A stretch of DNA of 64,000 bases from Octopus bimaculoides (Eukaryota), in the NCBI RefSeq assembly GCF_001194135.2, contig NC_068984.1:128141518-128205517 (forward strand), in the 5' to 3' direction. The notes under the pieces are model-generated. The model had not been told where the DNA came from. It saw nothing but the letters and a program-made list of their open reading frames with translations, and did not search any database. A program made the translations under genes and the position numbers. Below, in pieces: positions 11,843-25,587 of the stretch (the stretch's first letter is position 1; every line of letters begins with the position of its first letter).

Positions 11843-12939
11843 GTGAGTCAATAACTGCAGTAGAGGTGTTTTACGTTCTTCAAATCAGCTGTAGCTTTCA
11901 AATATATTTGTGTTATATTCATCGACCCAATTGAAATCTGTCATCTATTAATATTTCCGTTTAAAATGGAAAGGTGTCTCGTGATCATATTTCTATATTA
12001 TTCTAAGATATCATTATTGGTTTGTAAACATTGAAGGTGTTCTGTGGTAGCAAAAATTAACAGGTTATTTATTTTAAAACTTCAGCATTTATTGTTATTA
12101 TTATTATTTTATTTTTTGCAACTTGATTGACAGAATATGTAACGTTTAATTTATTAAACCTTGTAGTTAATTTTATTATCTTGTATTTAGCTACGCCCCT
12201 GCACTTTATGAGTTGAAATTCTATCGATGTCAACTTCGCCGTGGAGTAAATAGTGTAACAAAGGTAATGTTGTAGAATAACGTCGGAAATTATTCACCAA
12301 AAACTAATTTCAAAACATCAATTTTTTTTTTAATTTTACCCACTTTCTGTAACTTTTTTTGCTTTTCTCTCTTTTCGTTCTTTTTTTTTTTCTTTTTTTC
12401 ATCTTCTTATATTTACATTTTTTAAACATCTATAGACACAAAACTCTGCCAAATATTTTAACTTGTGAATATTTTTGCATAATCGTATTGTACCTTGTAA
12501 TCTTTTAAAATATGTAAATTCAAAAAAGAAATTTCTTGGAAAAGGCAGAAACGAAAAAGTTGCGGGGAAGCACAATTCTTTTTTTTTTAACTAAAAATGT
12601 TAATGTTTTTCTTTTTTTATATAGACAGAACCATAATCTCAGATGTTTAAAATATATATAGGAAAGAAAATAAATTTGGAAAATTTCGGAAAAGTAAAAA
12701 ACGAAGAATTACAAAAAGGGGCTATTAATAAAAAAAAAATTTTAATTAGGATATGGAAAAAAGATTGTTTAAATCATATAGATCTTAAGAAATTACAGTT
12801 TTTGGTTGACTACATAATATCTGACTATATTCTATAGGATTACCTTGATCAAGTAATGGGGTCTGATTTTATATTCTGATATTGCATCCTAATCATATGT
12901 TCTACATGTTTTATGTTCAAACCAGCTAGTTCTGGCATC

Positions 12940-13170
12940 TTGTTGGCTTGCAATCATGAGGTAGTGGACTCAGTTCCTGAATTGGACTGTCGTCGCTGGT
13001 ACCAAACTGTATCGGCCTTTGCCTTTCCTTTGAATAACATTGGTGGCAATGAGAGAGGTAACTGGTATGCATGGGCAACTGCTGGTCTTCCATAAACAAC
13101 CTTGCATGGACTTGTGCCTCGGAGGGTAACTTTCTAGTTGCAATCCCATTGGTCATTCATGGCCAAAGGT
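12940..13170 (+). mobile_element. Decayed SINE of the same family as 50428-50742
   Basis: Shares CTGTATCGGCCTTTGCCTTTCC..GTATGCATGGG..ACTGCTGGTCTTCCATAAACAACCTT with the 50.4 kb copy. Confidence 0.7.
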
Positions 13171-13266
13171 TGGTCTTTACCCTTTTTAAGACATGCTTTA
13201 TTTCCCAAAAATGTCTTTAAAAAATCAACCCTGGTGCTGTATGTGAAGTTAGGCCTCCCATAAGCT

Positions 13267-13450
13267 TTAACCCTTTAGCATTCAGATTACTTTATTAAAT
13301 GTAATGCTTATTTACTCACATAGTTTTAAATTAATCATGCATTGACTTAAAACTTCAAGATTTCAATGATGTGATAGTCTGTTTTTAGAATGACATTTTA
13401 GGAAAGGTGTGAGAGGCTGGATCTGGCTGGTTTGAATGCTAAATGATTAA
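13267..13450 (+). mobile_element. piggyBac-like MITE
   Basis: TTAA|CCCTTTAGCATT at the left end and AATGCTAAATGA|TTAA at the right end. Related copies are at 38509-39323 and about 45990-46180. Confidence 0.6.
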
Positions 13451-14366
13451 TGCCTGAAAACCATTTTTTTTTTTCTGAATATGTGCTACTGAAATTGAAG
13501 GTGCATTAAATATGTCCATGTATGTTTTATGCCATCAAATACAGTAACCTTCCCGTTAATTATAGTAATATCTTGAAATGTTGCATCAGAAATCCGAGTA
13601 CAATGAGAGAGATAGTGATTTAGGTGCTGAGGTGTTAATGACCAGGTAGCCTTCACCTCTGCCACACTGTTATAAACCACATGATTCAATGACAGTATTA
13701 CCATGGTAATGTCATTTTGTAACCACTATTATGAAAACAGCTGTGACATTTTTAGCCAATCAGATCACATTTAAAGTACATTGTTATCAAAATTGATCTT
13801 CCCCCTACAATATTTGTAACATTTTCCAAATGTCTCTTGATTTAAATGTCAATGATATTGATTTATCGTCTGGAAAACCATGAGATAGTCAAAGTACTGT
13901 GACCACATTTATAGCTTATATTTGTTGGGGAAATACTCAAAATTTTCTTATCTGTGTCTAGTACTATCTTTTGGATCATTTCTGTTCACCTTGACTCTAA
14001 AATCTTTTACAATGTCAAATAATAAACTAAAAATTTACCAATGACATGAGCACAGCTTTATAGTTAAGCAGTTTTATTCACATCTGTGTTGTTCTAGGTC
14101 TGATCTCTCAACACAGCACCTTGAGCAAGTACCTTCTACTATAACTTCAGGTTAACCAATACTTTATAAGTAGAATATGAAAGACAGAAGCTGGCTGTCA
14201 TTTATGTGTCAGTATGTATCACTGATATCCAAATCCAGCATTGAAAAATCTTTAAGTCTGGTGCTTTACAATCAGTCCTTGAGATATTTATTCATGTTAA
14301 TCTTGCCATCAGAAATACTGAGAACCTGTGATTGGTCTATAGAAAACCTTTAACCAACAACACTAT

Positions 14367-14756
14367 TACTCTTTTACTTGTTTTAGTCATTTGACTGCGG
14401 CCATGCTGGAGCACCGCCTTTAGTCGAGAAAATCGACCCCAGGACTTATTCTTTGGAAGCCTAGTACTTATTCTATCAGTCTCTTTTTGCCGAACTGCTA
14501 AGTTATGGGGACATAAACACACCAGCATCGGTTGTCAAGCGATGGTGGGGGGACAAATACAGACACACAAACGCACATATATATATATATACATACATAT
14601 ATACGACGGGCTTCTTTCAGTTTCCGTCTACCAAATCCACTCACAAGGCTTTGGTCAGCCTGAGGCTATAGTAGAAGACACTTGCCCAAGGTGCCATGCA
14701 GTGGGACTGAACCCGGAACCATGTGGTTCGTAAGCAAGCTACTTACCACACAGCCA
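14367..14756 (-). mobile_element. SINE family A (internal TA/CA microsatellite, (AAAAGAGT) tail)
   Basis: Near-identical to 20600-20992 and 35437-35836. Decayed copies lie at about 22280-22500, 23270-23703, 29915-30120, 38825-39245, 51780-52030, 55655-55950 and 58190-58440. Confidence 0.85.
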
Positions 14757-15049
14757 ACAAATAAACGACATTGGAGAATAATTTAGAGGGAAGCTTTACA
14801 TTACACTGCAAATACACACACATACATGTAAGTGTTGCACATAAGAACACTCAACTCCAGTTTCATAGAGTTTGCTATAATACAAGAATTACTGCCAATC
14901 ACTTTTTTAAATTGTTATAATCAGTGATATTTGTGAATCTCATTGTCGTAACTTTAATCTCAGTACAACATTAGTGAGATTACAGTTACTGCTCTACTTC
15001 TATAATCTACTTTTACCTCATCTTTGTAAATTCTCAAAGACCCTGGCAA

Positions 15050-15420
15050 AGTAGATTGATGGCTTCAGTAGTGAAGCCATGAGAATCACTGAGAATATTA
15101 GATGGTACCATCATGTTTCCAACAAAGAAATGCATGTGTGTACACATAAGCCCACAGCCTCCCACCGCATAGCTATCCATTGCAGGCACTGGCATGAATA
15201 TGTCCTCTGTCTCTTACTAGATCATCCTTCCAGGGCTTTACTCTCATTTAACACAGAAGCTACGGCCTAGAAGAGATCTTGTCCCAAGCCCCATACCAGA
15301 TGGCTAGATATGATTAAGGAAGTTCTCCAAAGGCTCGTCATTACCTTAAAGGATGCAGAGGGTCTAGCAACGGTGAGCATTGGTGGATCTGGTCAGCTCT
15401 TTGCATGATGACATCCCTGG
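15050..15420 (+). mobile_element. RTE-like LINE ORF2 C-terminal relic
   Basis: Reads RITENIRWYHHVSNKE..HWHEYVL..HPSRALLSF..KPHTRWLDMIKE, a decayed match to the W.D.VSN.E / RW.GHV.R / GRP.TRW.D RT tail. Confidence 0.6.
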
Positions 15421-15957
15421 GACCACTAACCTGGGATGACCCCAGACCCATCAAGCAAGAGCATGAAGCAGCAGTAGCAAACAGTGTGTGTGTACATGAT
15501 TATGTACACACAAAATACATATGCACACAACAGGCACAATTCACATTGATCAAATTTCATTCGCAAAATATTGGTCAATCTGAGGCTATGTTAGACACTT
15601 TCCCAAAGTGCCATGTAGTAGGATTGAACCAAGAACCACATTGTTATGCAGCAGACTTCTTAACCTCACACCCATGCACCTCTATTTTGGGATAACAAAA
15701 TGTGTCAGATTCCGCTAGAGAAACAACACACGATGTATGTATGTTTTTGTATTTAAAGCAAACATTGTTGACATAAATAAGTATATACTCCGTTTTATAA
15801 GTATCTTCGGTACTCACAATTCCCAGAATTTCTTCAACTCAGACTAAAACCTTTAGTGCAAAGGCCCCTAAATAAATAATAAAGACGTACACATGTATTT
15901 AATGATATTTGATTTCTCACAATTGCTGCTGTTGGTTTGATAATTTTGATTTGTGTC

Positions 15958-16030
<73 letters not shown>

Positions 16031-16049
16031 TTTATTTGTGGGTTAATAA

Positions 16050-16103
16050 CAAGGCTACCATTGGTTTCATGCTGAGAGTAGTCTCGGCAATTATCAAGCC
16101 TGC
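16050..16103 (-). ncRNA. Decayed minimal type I hammerhead ribozyme motif (Penelope-like-element type)
   Basis: Minus strand reads GCAGGC TTGATAA T TGCCGAGA CTAC TCTCAGCA T GAAAC CAATG GTA GCCTTG. Stem I is AGGC/GCCT, stem II is 8 bp with one mismatch, stem III is ACC/GGT and the triplet is GUA. The core has two substitutions relative to CTGATGA. Confidence 0.5.
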
Positions 16104-16320
16104 ATCATGGAATGTTGGTTCTTGTCTCTATCTTTGATTTTATATGATATGATATTTATATATACACACACACACACACACACAGAGAGTCCAATGAAGG
16201 ACTCTGGCCGAAACTTCAAAGTGACAATCACTGCTTTGTGTTTAAGAACAATAAATTTGTACTCTATCACATATATACTGAGTAATCAGTTTAATGTAAT
16301 TATAACAAAAATAAACATTA

Positions 16321-16352
<32 letters not shown>

Positions 16353-17144
16353 CCTGTAACCCAATGAAGAAGCTTCTACTTGCTTTTTCAACCTACTCTA
16401 AAGAGCAATTGAATCTCCATCACTCACTACTGTCTTGGACACAATGGATAATAATGTCCAAAATACACAATGCTTACAACAAATAAAAATATAAAATTAT
16501 GAACATTATGGTTTTGAGTGTGCTGAATATCCTGTTATGAACTATCTAGATGTTATTTTAGCCAAGAGCTATTTCTCTTTTATTATAATTAAAACCCACT
16601 TAGTGCTGTATAATTTGACAGTAATTAGTAAATTAACTTTGTTATTGTATTTAAATACTATAAAAATCTTCCTTTTTCTAGAAGTTTGTTCCTCTCTCTG
16701 TCAATTAAACTTTGAGTTCTAAATAGAACATGAGCTATTTGTTTCACCATGATGAGTAAAATGTTGTAATTTCCCATGTCTTTGTTCTAATTACAATGCC
16801 ATTCTGCTTAAAGTCTACTGCATCTACTTTTCTACATTCCATAATTTTCATTGTATCTTGTTCAGATGCACACCACAAATTATGTAGAAAACTCTGTACC
16901 ACAGAAATGAGACTGCACCTAAAACATTCCCAACAGACTTCAACATACCGAATCCCTGTGTCGACAATACTGTCTTGAAAGTGTACAGGCATGGCTGTGT
17001 GGTAAGAAGTTTGCTTCCCAACCACATAATTCCAGGTTCAGTCCTACTGTGTGGTACCTTTGGGAAAGTGTTTTCTACTATAGTCTCAGGCCAACCAAAG
17101 CCTTGTGAGTGGATTTGGTTGAGAGAAAGTAAAGAAAGCCTGTT

Positions 17145-17196
<52 letters not shown>

Positions 17197-17246
17197 ATTT
17201 ATATATGTAATATAGATATATATACATATGTCTGTACATAGATGTA

Positions 17247-17980
17247 CCAGGTTGAGTAAAAAGTAAGCAACATTTTGAAACATGAAATTCTTCACAATAT
17301 ATTTCAACAATATGAAAATTTTATTCATCGGAGAAAGTACCGTTACAATCAACATACTTTTGCCAGTGAGTTACATGTTTGTTTATTCTGGTAACATAAA
17401 AATCTGGAGTTCTAGAGCTGATGAACTCTTTGAATGCACTTTCACCCATGGTTTGATTTTTGAATTCCTTCTCTCACAGGAAATCATCAAGGTGTTTGAA
17501 GAAGTGGTAGTTGGTAGGAGAAAAGTCTGGGGAATAAGCTGGGTGGGGAAGAACTTCGTAGCCAAGTTCCCTCAACTTCTGGAGTGTCATTAGTGAAATG
17601 TTTAGTCGAGCATTGTCATGAAGAATGATTGGCCCTCTTCTGTTGACCAGTCTGGGATGGAAGAGTAGTAGTTTGTCGTTCATTTTGGCAATTTCATTGC
17701 AGTTTGTTTCTGCAGTAATGATTTTTCTGGGTTTTAAGAAGTTATAGTGGATGAGTCAAACAGTCACCATAACCTTCTTTATGAAGAGCTCAGGTTTAGG
17801 GAAGGTTTTCAGTGCTTCATTTTGGTCCAACCACTGTGAAGAACATTTTTTTATTATTGTACAGAATCCACTTTTCATCGCAAGTTACAATACGGTTAAG
17901 AAATGGATCCGACTGGTTACAGAGAAGTGATGAGCAAATTTCATATCTGCTCATTTTCTGATTTTCATTCAAATCATATG

Positions 17981-17990
<10 letters not shown>
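17247..17990 (-). mobile_element. Mariner (DD34D) transposase relic
   Basis: Reads RIVTCDEKWILY and LVNRRGPIILHDNAR..VLPHPAYSPDFSPTNYHFF. TA-flanked terminus at 17245-17275. Confidence 0.85.
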
Positions 17991-18023
<33 letters not shown>

Positions 18024-18204
18024 CGTAAATGTGTGTATGTATGTATATATATATATCATCATCGTTTAACGTCCGCTTTCCATGCTAGCATGGGTTGGAT
18101 GATTTGACTGAGGACTGGTGAAACCGGATGGCAACACCAGGCTATAATCTAAATTTGGCAGAGTTTCTACAGCATATATATATATATATATACACATACG
18201 TAAA

Positions 18205-18250
<46 letters not shown>

Positions 18251-18440
18251 CACACAAATGAAAGAAAATTGAATTAATAACATTCTTTATTGAAATATCC
18301 ACTTTTGAGTGGTGAATATCTTATCTTTGAATATTAATACTGCCTCTGTCGCTCTGTTTATCTATTATTGTTTGTTATGTGTTATATTTATTATATATTT
18401 ATGTTATGTGTGTTATCTTTATGTTTATATAATTTTTCAG

Positions 18441-18721
18441 ATGTGAGGATAACTTCTGAAACTCTCTGAGGTAATTATCCATTGGTGTACACATTGCATT
18501 TACTATCAGACCCACTGCAAGGAGGATGGTGTTCAAACAAATGTTGTCCAAGGAAGTATACAGCATGTGTTCAACGCAGTTAATTTATAGAGCAAACAGA
18601 GATTCAGCTTGAGCGCATAAATGTCACATTGAAACTTTTCCTCTCTTAACTTTGATCACCAGCATGTCTCAACTTCACTTCTGACTCCTCCATGACTTTG
18701 AATTTCTTTTACATTTAAATA
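18441..18721 (+). other. 5' UTR part of the start-codon exon
   Basis: Acceptor AATTTTTCAG| at 18440. All frames are closed before ATG 18722. Confidence 0.55.
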
Positions 18722-18958
18722 ATGTCTCTAAAATTTGGAGCTGCTCAGGCCCCAGCTGAGCAAGCTGGGACTCCTCCGACTAACTATGTGATCAGGGAAC
18801 CAAGTCCCCCGACCAGCATATTGGCTACATTACATGCAACCTCTACAGTTTCAAGCAGTACCTCCACAATATCTACTGAGTTAGAGGGAAAACATACCTG
18901 GGCATATATTTTAGTGCCTCTTGGAGCAATTGTTTTCCTTGGGTTTGTCATCTTTCTG
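18722..18958 (+). CDS. SMIM29: SMIM29/C3orf18-family single-pass membrane protein, coding exon 1 (79 aa: S/T/P-rich N-terminus and most of the TM helix)
   Basis: Reads MSLKFGAAQAPAEQ..TWAYILVPLGAIVFLGFVIFL, ending at donor CTG|GTAAGT in phase 0. The symbol denotes the family; orthology to SMIM29 versus C3orf18 is unresolved. Confidence 0.85.
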
Positions 18959-20599
18959 GTAAGTTCTGCATTTATACTGTTAATATGTAATCAGTATGTT
19001 ATAGGAAGTAATAGCAATGCAAATGGGACATCAAATAGGAAAAATATCATTAAGATATTGAGATATTACCTTACAAATATGTAATTATTCCTGATATTTT
19101 GAGTTAAAAAACTCCTTTTCAAAAGCTTTAAAAGACAAGAATGATATATATATTACATGGCCATTCTGTTAATACATGTTATTTTTCATATTTAATGTTT
19201 TATCTACATTGCTGTTACTTACTATAATACACTTATTTTCTACATATTCTGCAATGTTTCATGCAAGCTATAACATTCCTTTAACGTTGTTAATGTTTCA
19301 TAGCTCAGTCATTTTGCGACTCTGTGATATTATGAACATTAGCTCAAATACTCAGCTTTCCAAACATGAACTAAATCCCAAATTGTTACAAATTGCCAAT
19401 CAGAAGGAATTAAAACTATCACTTAAACAAATCAATTAGAGAGTTTCAGTGCAATTATTCGACTTATTAGAAAGAGCAACCAAATTTCTTTCAGTCATAT
19501 TTTACTGTTTTTAAAAAATGACATATTAGATAACACTGTGTGACACAATTTTTGTTGTCCTTGGGTAGCAGCAGCTAATATTTCCTTCAAACTTTGCATT
19601 TTTTTACATTCATTCAAACCCCAAAGAACCCCTCCCAACATATGGCTATGATGCTTCCCCACTTTTCTTGCTCATGGTCAGAGGTGTACATATTGTCAGT
19701 CACTAAGGGACATGCTCAAACGGTTAAAGTCAAGCAAATCTATAGCATTGAGCAGAATATTTGCTATAACGGTATTTCTGCTTCAGTATCTCAGCGCTGA
19801 ATCTGTCTGAAATGTAATGGAAAATTGGTCAGTTTGAAAACATTGATGTCCAGGTCACAAAAGCAAAGTTTGAAGAGAATAGCAATCATTTCGTTTGACT
19901 TCTAGATAGAAGCAAGTAGGAAATAACACTTAGTGATGAAAGACGAAAAAGAAATTAAAATTTTGTCAGACAATGTAATGGCACAGGTGTTGCTGCATGG
20001 TTAAGAAGTTTGCCTCCCAACCACATGGTTTTAGGTTCAGTCCCAAGGTGTTGTGCAATGGAACTGAACCCAAAACCACGTATACAAACAATTGTCAAGA
20101 AAGCATATACTACAAGAATGACTGGCACCTGTGTTGGCAGCTCATAAAAAGCACTTTCAAGTGTTGGGCCTCATGGAGGCAATGGCAAATTACTGAGACC
20201 TTTGGCAATATGCCATGCTTGAGAAGAAAACCCATCAAGCCAAGTGAAATCGTAGTTGTAGCAGATACTAGTGTCATGCAAATGGCACCCGTGCTGGTGG
20301 CATGTAAATATTCATTTTTGCCAGCTGAATGGACTGGAGCAACCTGAAATAAAGTGTCTTGCTCAAGGACACAACATATCACTGGGAAATGAACTCATGA
20401 CTTTACAATCAGGAGCTGAATACCCTAACCATGAAACCACATACTACAACCTACTATCACACAACCTACTACCTTAAAAAGAAAAGAAAAGAATAAAGGA
20501 TACAATGGTAAAAACTGGAATACTTCTGATCAGAGATCTGTTTGGTTAGAGCTGACCTGGGATAAAACAATGGCTTTGTCATGAGTTTATTGAACCAGA

Positions 20600-20992
20600 T
20601 ACTCTTTTACTCTTTTACCTGTTTCAGTCATTTGACTGTGGCCATGCTGGAGCACCGCCTTTAGTCGAGAAAATCGACCCCAGAACTTATCCTTTGTAAG
20701 CCTAGTACTTATTCTATCAGTTCTTTTGCTGAACCGCTAAGTTACGGGGACGTAAACACACCAGCATCGGTTGTCAAGCGATGTTGGGGGGGGACAAACA
20801 CAGAGACACAAACATACATATATATATACGACGGGCTTCTTTCAGTTTCCGTCTACCAAATCCACTCACAAGGCTTTGGTCAGTCCGAGGCTATAGTAGA
20901 AGACACTTGCCCAAGGTGCCATGCAGTGGGACTGAACCCGGAACCATGTGGTTCGTTAACAAGCTACTTACCACACAGCCACTCCTACGCCT
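20600..20992 (-). mobile_element. SINE family A, near full length
   Basis: Near-identical to 14367-14756 and 35437-35836. Confidence 0.85.
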
Positions 20993-21556
20993 AAATTTTT
21001 GTATGATTTGGCATAAAAGTCAAAAGTTCAGTTCTGTCATTAATTCAGTGGGATACAGTTGTCGCTTTGTTTCAATTAGTCAAGATAAAAATTCTTCTCA
21101 TTGGTAAATGATTGTCTTAGAAGAAACCTCCAGCTTAAAGGAGATAAAGAATTTCATAGGCCTGCAAACTAGTTCTATCATAGGAAAATTTTGAAATTAA
21201 TATCAGTAAATTAAATAAGGTGACAAACCATCAGAATTGTTAGCATGTTGGGCAAAATGCTTAGAAGCATTTCATCCACCATTACATTCTGAGTTCAAAT
21301 TCCATCGAGGTTGACTTTGCCTGTCATCTTTTCAGGGTCAATAAAATAAAAGTACCAGTTGAGTACTGGGGTCAAAGTAATTAACTGAACGCCTTCCCTG
21401 AAATTGCTGGCCTTGTGCCTAAATTTGAAACCAACATCAGTAAACCAAATACATTATAATACATTCCTTGCTATGTTACAAATCTTTAAATTGAATGTTG
21501 ATGGGTTCTTAATTATGAACCAGCACGGTCATTAAAATCTGTATTTTTTTTTCCAG

Positions 21557-21582
21557 ATTGTTGTAATACTGAAGAAAAATAG
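21557..21582 (+). CDS. SMIM29: SMIM29/C3orf18-like coding exon 2 (26-nt micro-exon, IVVILKKN plus AG)
   Basis: Acceptor TTTTTTTTTCCAG| and donor AG|GTAAAT. It completes the TM helix and the basic stop-transfer motif, and its phase 0 to phase 2 fits both neighbours. Confidence 0.85.
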
Positions 21583-21983
21583 GTAAATTGTTTAACTGGT
21601 GTTCACTCAATGTTGTCTTGTGTCTAGTCTTCTATACTTTTAGTAAGCTTACTTGTGCTGTTGTGTACCAGTAATTTCTCTTCCTATCTTTATTCCCTCT
21701 TTTTTCTTTTTTATACTCAGTTCTCTCTTTCACACTTTGATAATTATCAGTTGATGTCCTAATTTATTATTTCCACTTATATTCAAAATTAAATAGTCAA
21801 AAAGTTGTTGGAGGGGCTTGCCTCCATGAACAAGGCACATAGTCTTAATCTATTCAGTCTAATGTCAAAGTTCTTTAATAAATGGACTCTGCTAAAGGTT
21901 CATAGGTGCCTTTAACTGGTCTGAAGATAATTTGTCTCACCATTCAAGGAGGTTCTGAAAAGAGTTGGTGCTTCCCTAAGTCA

Positions 21984-22233
21984 TTAACCTTTTCACTATG
22001 ACCATGAAATTTCATGGTCATTCAAGTAATAATATTAAATATCTACCAAAAAATAGAGTTGGTATTTTCTGTTAGTCATGTGGCTTCAATAAACTTGACA
22101 CATCTCAACAAAAAATTGCTTCAAGCATGACATTCCTAAACAAAAGATAAATTTGTTTATAAAACCTATTTCCACAGTTAAGAGTTGTGAAATTTTGAGT
22201 GGATATATCTGAGTTTCACAGTAAAAGAGTTAA
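21984..22233. mobile_element. piggyBac-like MITE, second family
   Basis: TTAA|CCTTTTCACT at the left end and AGTAAAAGAG|TTAA at the right end. A related internal sequence lies at about 32290-32450. Confidence 0.5.
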
Positions 22234-24589
22234 ACCAAGAAAAAAAAAAAGAGAGAGACAAGTCAACCCCCATTTGTTGTTTTCTTTTTAAGTCTTGTAT
22301 TTATTCTATCAGCCACTTTTGCTGAACCGCTAGGTTATGGAGACAAACAAACCAACACCAGTTGTCAAGCAGTGTTAGGAGATGAACACAATGACACACA
22401 TATACACATATGCATACATACATGTTTCTTCCAGTTTCCATCTGCCAAATCTATTCACAAAGCTTTAGTCAGCATCAGGTCGGGAAGCAAATTTCTCAAC
22501 CACCTATTGTATGTAAATGTGTTTAATACACTTCTTACCCACATATTAAAAACTAGATGTAATCTCTTCAACCTCCTGGACATATCTTCCTGCCATTGCG
22601 TCTGTACGTCTACAACAACACTTGACATAAACCCTGCTAATCTCACTCAAGTTTTTCTGGTCGGATTAACAGGTTTAGTGTGATAGCTATGATAAAATTT
22701 TTCTATAGCTTTGAAGTGAGGGTGAATCACCTCAGTTTTTCATGCATGTCTTTTCTTAATGTTGAAGTATTAGTCTGCACTACTCCGAAATTCCAAGTCT
22801 GATTATTTGTTTCTGTGTTAAAATAGATATTTTACTGAAATTAAATTGAATAAAAGATATTATTATTCTATTTAGGTCGGCTGGATTTTATTGTTATTTG
22901 TATGACACAGCTAGTCTTCTCCGCTAGACATGCTAGTATTTATAGATCGATCAATCAACGCAGATATATATTGTAGAAATAAATCCAGTCAGTAATCTCA
23001 TGTCTATAATTTCAAAGCTACCTTCTAATTGTTAAGTGAATCCATTGTTAAATCTCATTTCATCCATGAAGCATTATGTCTATACTGCTGAAATATGTCG
23101 TAAAATATATTCATAAGTTAAACTTTACTGCAGTGGAAGCACATGGCTTGTTTACTCAGATGGGAAAAATAAGTAATCCTGAAATGAACCAGCATCCCAT
23201 CCGGGTGGGGAATATACAGAAACCCAGAAACCAACCCTATTAGTCTGTATGACTCAGAAAAGATCTTTATCCTTTACTCTTTACTGCACACTATCTTCTT
23301 TTATTCGTTTCAGTCACTAGACTGTGGCCATGCTGGGGTACCACCTTGAATTTGCTTAAGTCAAATGAATCGACCCCAGTACTGCTTTTTTTCAAGCCTG
23401 ATACTTATTCTGTTGATCTCTTTTGCCAAACCGCTAAGTTACAGGGACATAAGCACACCAACACCAGTTATTAAGCTGTGGTAGGGAACAAACAAACACA
23501 CATACACACACGCATATATATATGTGTGTGTGTATATATGCAACAGGTTTCTTTCAGTTTTCATCTACCAAATCAACTCACGAGGCTTTGGTCAGCCTGA
23601 GGCTATAGTAGAAGACACTTCCCCAAGGGGCCATGCAGTGGGACTGAATCTAGAAGCATGTGATTAGGGAGCAAGCTCCTTACCACACAGCCATGCCTGC
23701 ACCTATAGACATTAAATATATGTTGAGGCCAGTAAAGTTGTAATTTTCTCCCCAATATTTGTCTGATTAAACAGGAACAGTTTGATATGACAAATATCCA
23801 TTGTATTGTTGCTGTATATGAATGTAACTAGTAACTTATCACAAATGGTTGGCTCCATTTTTTTACTGTTGTGGTCATATATCCCATCTAATTTTGCAAA
23901 TCAGAACACAATCGACAATTCCTAACAGTATAGAAATCTGTCACATAACAATAAACTAATATCAGAGTCATATTATTTGATCCCAGGCCACAAAGAATAA
24001 ATTAAATTTTTTTTTCTATTTTACTGACTATTACAGTCTGCTGGGTATTTTCTTTTATTATATATATGTATCCTGTGAAGATGTGTGGCTTAGTGGTTCA
24101 GGTATTCGGCTCAATGAGTTCAATTCCCAGTGACACATTGTGTCCTTGAGCAAGACACTTTATTTCACATTGTTCCAATCCACTCAGCTGGCAAGAATGA
24201 GTAGTATCTGTAATTCAAAGGGGCCAGCCTTGTCGCCTTCTGTGTCACACTGAATCTCCTTGAGCACTACATTAAGGGTACACATGTCTGTTGAGTGTTC
24301 AGCCACTTGCACATTAATTTCACGAGCAGGCTGTTCTGTTGACCGGATCAACTGGAACCCTTGTCATAACCAATCGAGTGCCAGTTTGTAAATATGCATT
24401 TTATATGTATTACATATGTATTATATATGTAATAATTAAATTATATATTATGCAATTTATTGTGTCTTGTTATACATGTAATCTTCCAGTCCATTGTAGA
24501 ATTGTCTTGTATGAAACTGGTCCTCGGTGCAAAAATGGTTAGGGAGAGCTGGACTAGACAGAATACTAACTGACTAAAGTTTTGTTAGC

Positions 24590-25587
24590 TTGCAGTGCTA
24601 AGTTCAACTTGAAGAATTCCAAGGTCTGGTGAATATGGTATATGATAGAGAACTTCCAAGTTCAGTTCCCATAACTTGAGTAGCATTCTTTGTGCAACAT
24701 GTGGTCAAGCATTGTCTTGCAGGAGAATTGGCTTGTCTCTATTGACCAATTTTGGTTGTTTGATTGCAAGTTTACTCATTTCATCCAATTGGTTGAAGCA
24801 TGCATCACTGTAATTGACTTACCAGGTTTCATGAAGCTGTAGTGGATGACACCAGCGCTGGATCACCAGACACCATTAGCATTTTTTGGTGAATATTCTT
24901 TTTCGGATTGTATTTTGGCACTTCATTTCTCTCTAACTACTGTGCAGAATGCTTACTGTTATTGAAAAGAATCTATTTTTCATCATACATAACAATACAA
25001 TGCAAAAGTGATTTGCTTTTATGGCGTGTCATTTGATGCTCATTCAGTTTGTGTGGTTAGCCACTTGTCCAGCTTCTTTACCTTGCCAATTTGTTTCAGA
25101 TGGTCCAATACAGTTGGAAACAAAACATCATACCTTGCTGCTAACTCACGTGTAGTTTGAAATGTATCTGCTTCCACTACAGTTTCCTGATCATCATTAT
25201 CCACCTTGGTCCCAGGTCTACCATGGGGCTGATTTTCTAGAGTAAAGACCAGAACTTCTCAAACCATCGATGTAGAGTGCGCTCATTTGCCACATCTTCA
25301 CCAAAACACCTCATTGATGTTTCGAGCTGTCTGAGGTGCATTGGTTCCACAATGGAACTCATATTCATAAACAACACGAATTTTTTATCTATTCATGGGG
25401 TCACAAAATTTGATTTACAAGAGAAAACTCACAATATAATCAGACACCATGAATTGCATTTCGAAAAGTGGTACTGTAACTCTTCAATGTTATAAAACAA
25501 AGAATTGTCAGGATAAAACATTAGAGTTAACGACTGTCAAACTTGATGCATAAGAAAATCAGACATTTCATTCTTAATAACCTGATA
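24590..25587 (-). mobile_element. Mariner transposase relic
   Basis: Minus strand reads LVNRDKPILLQDNA*PHVAQ..LEVLYHIPYSPDL. A TIR-like TATCAGGTTATTAAGAATGAAATG (reverse complement) lies at about 25564-25587. Confidence 0.75.
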
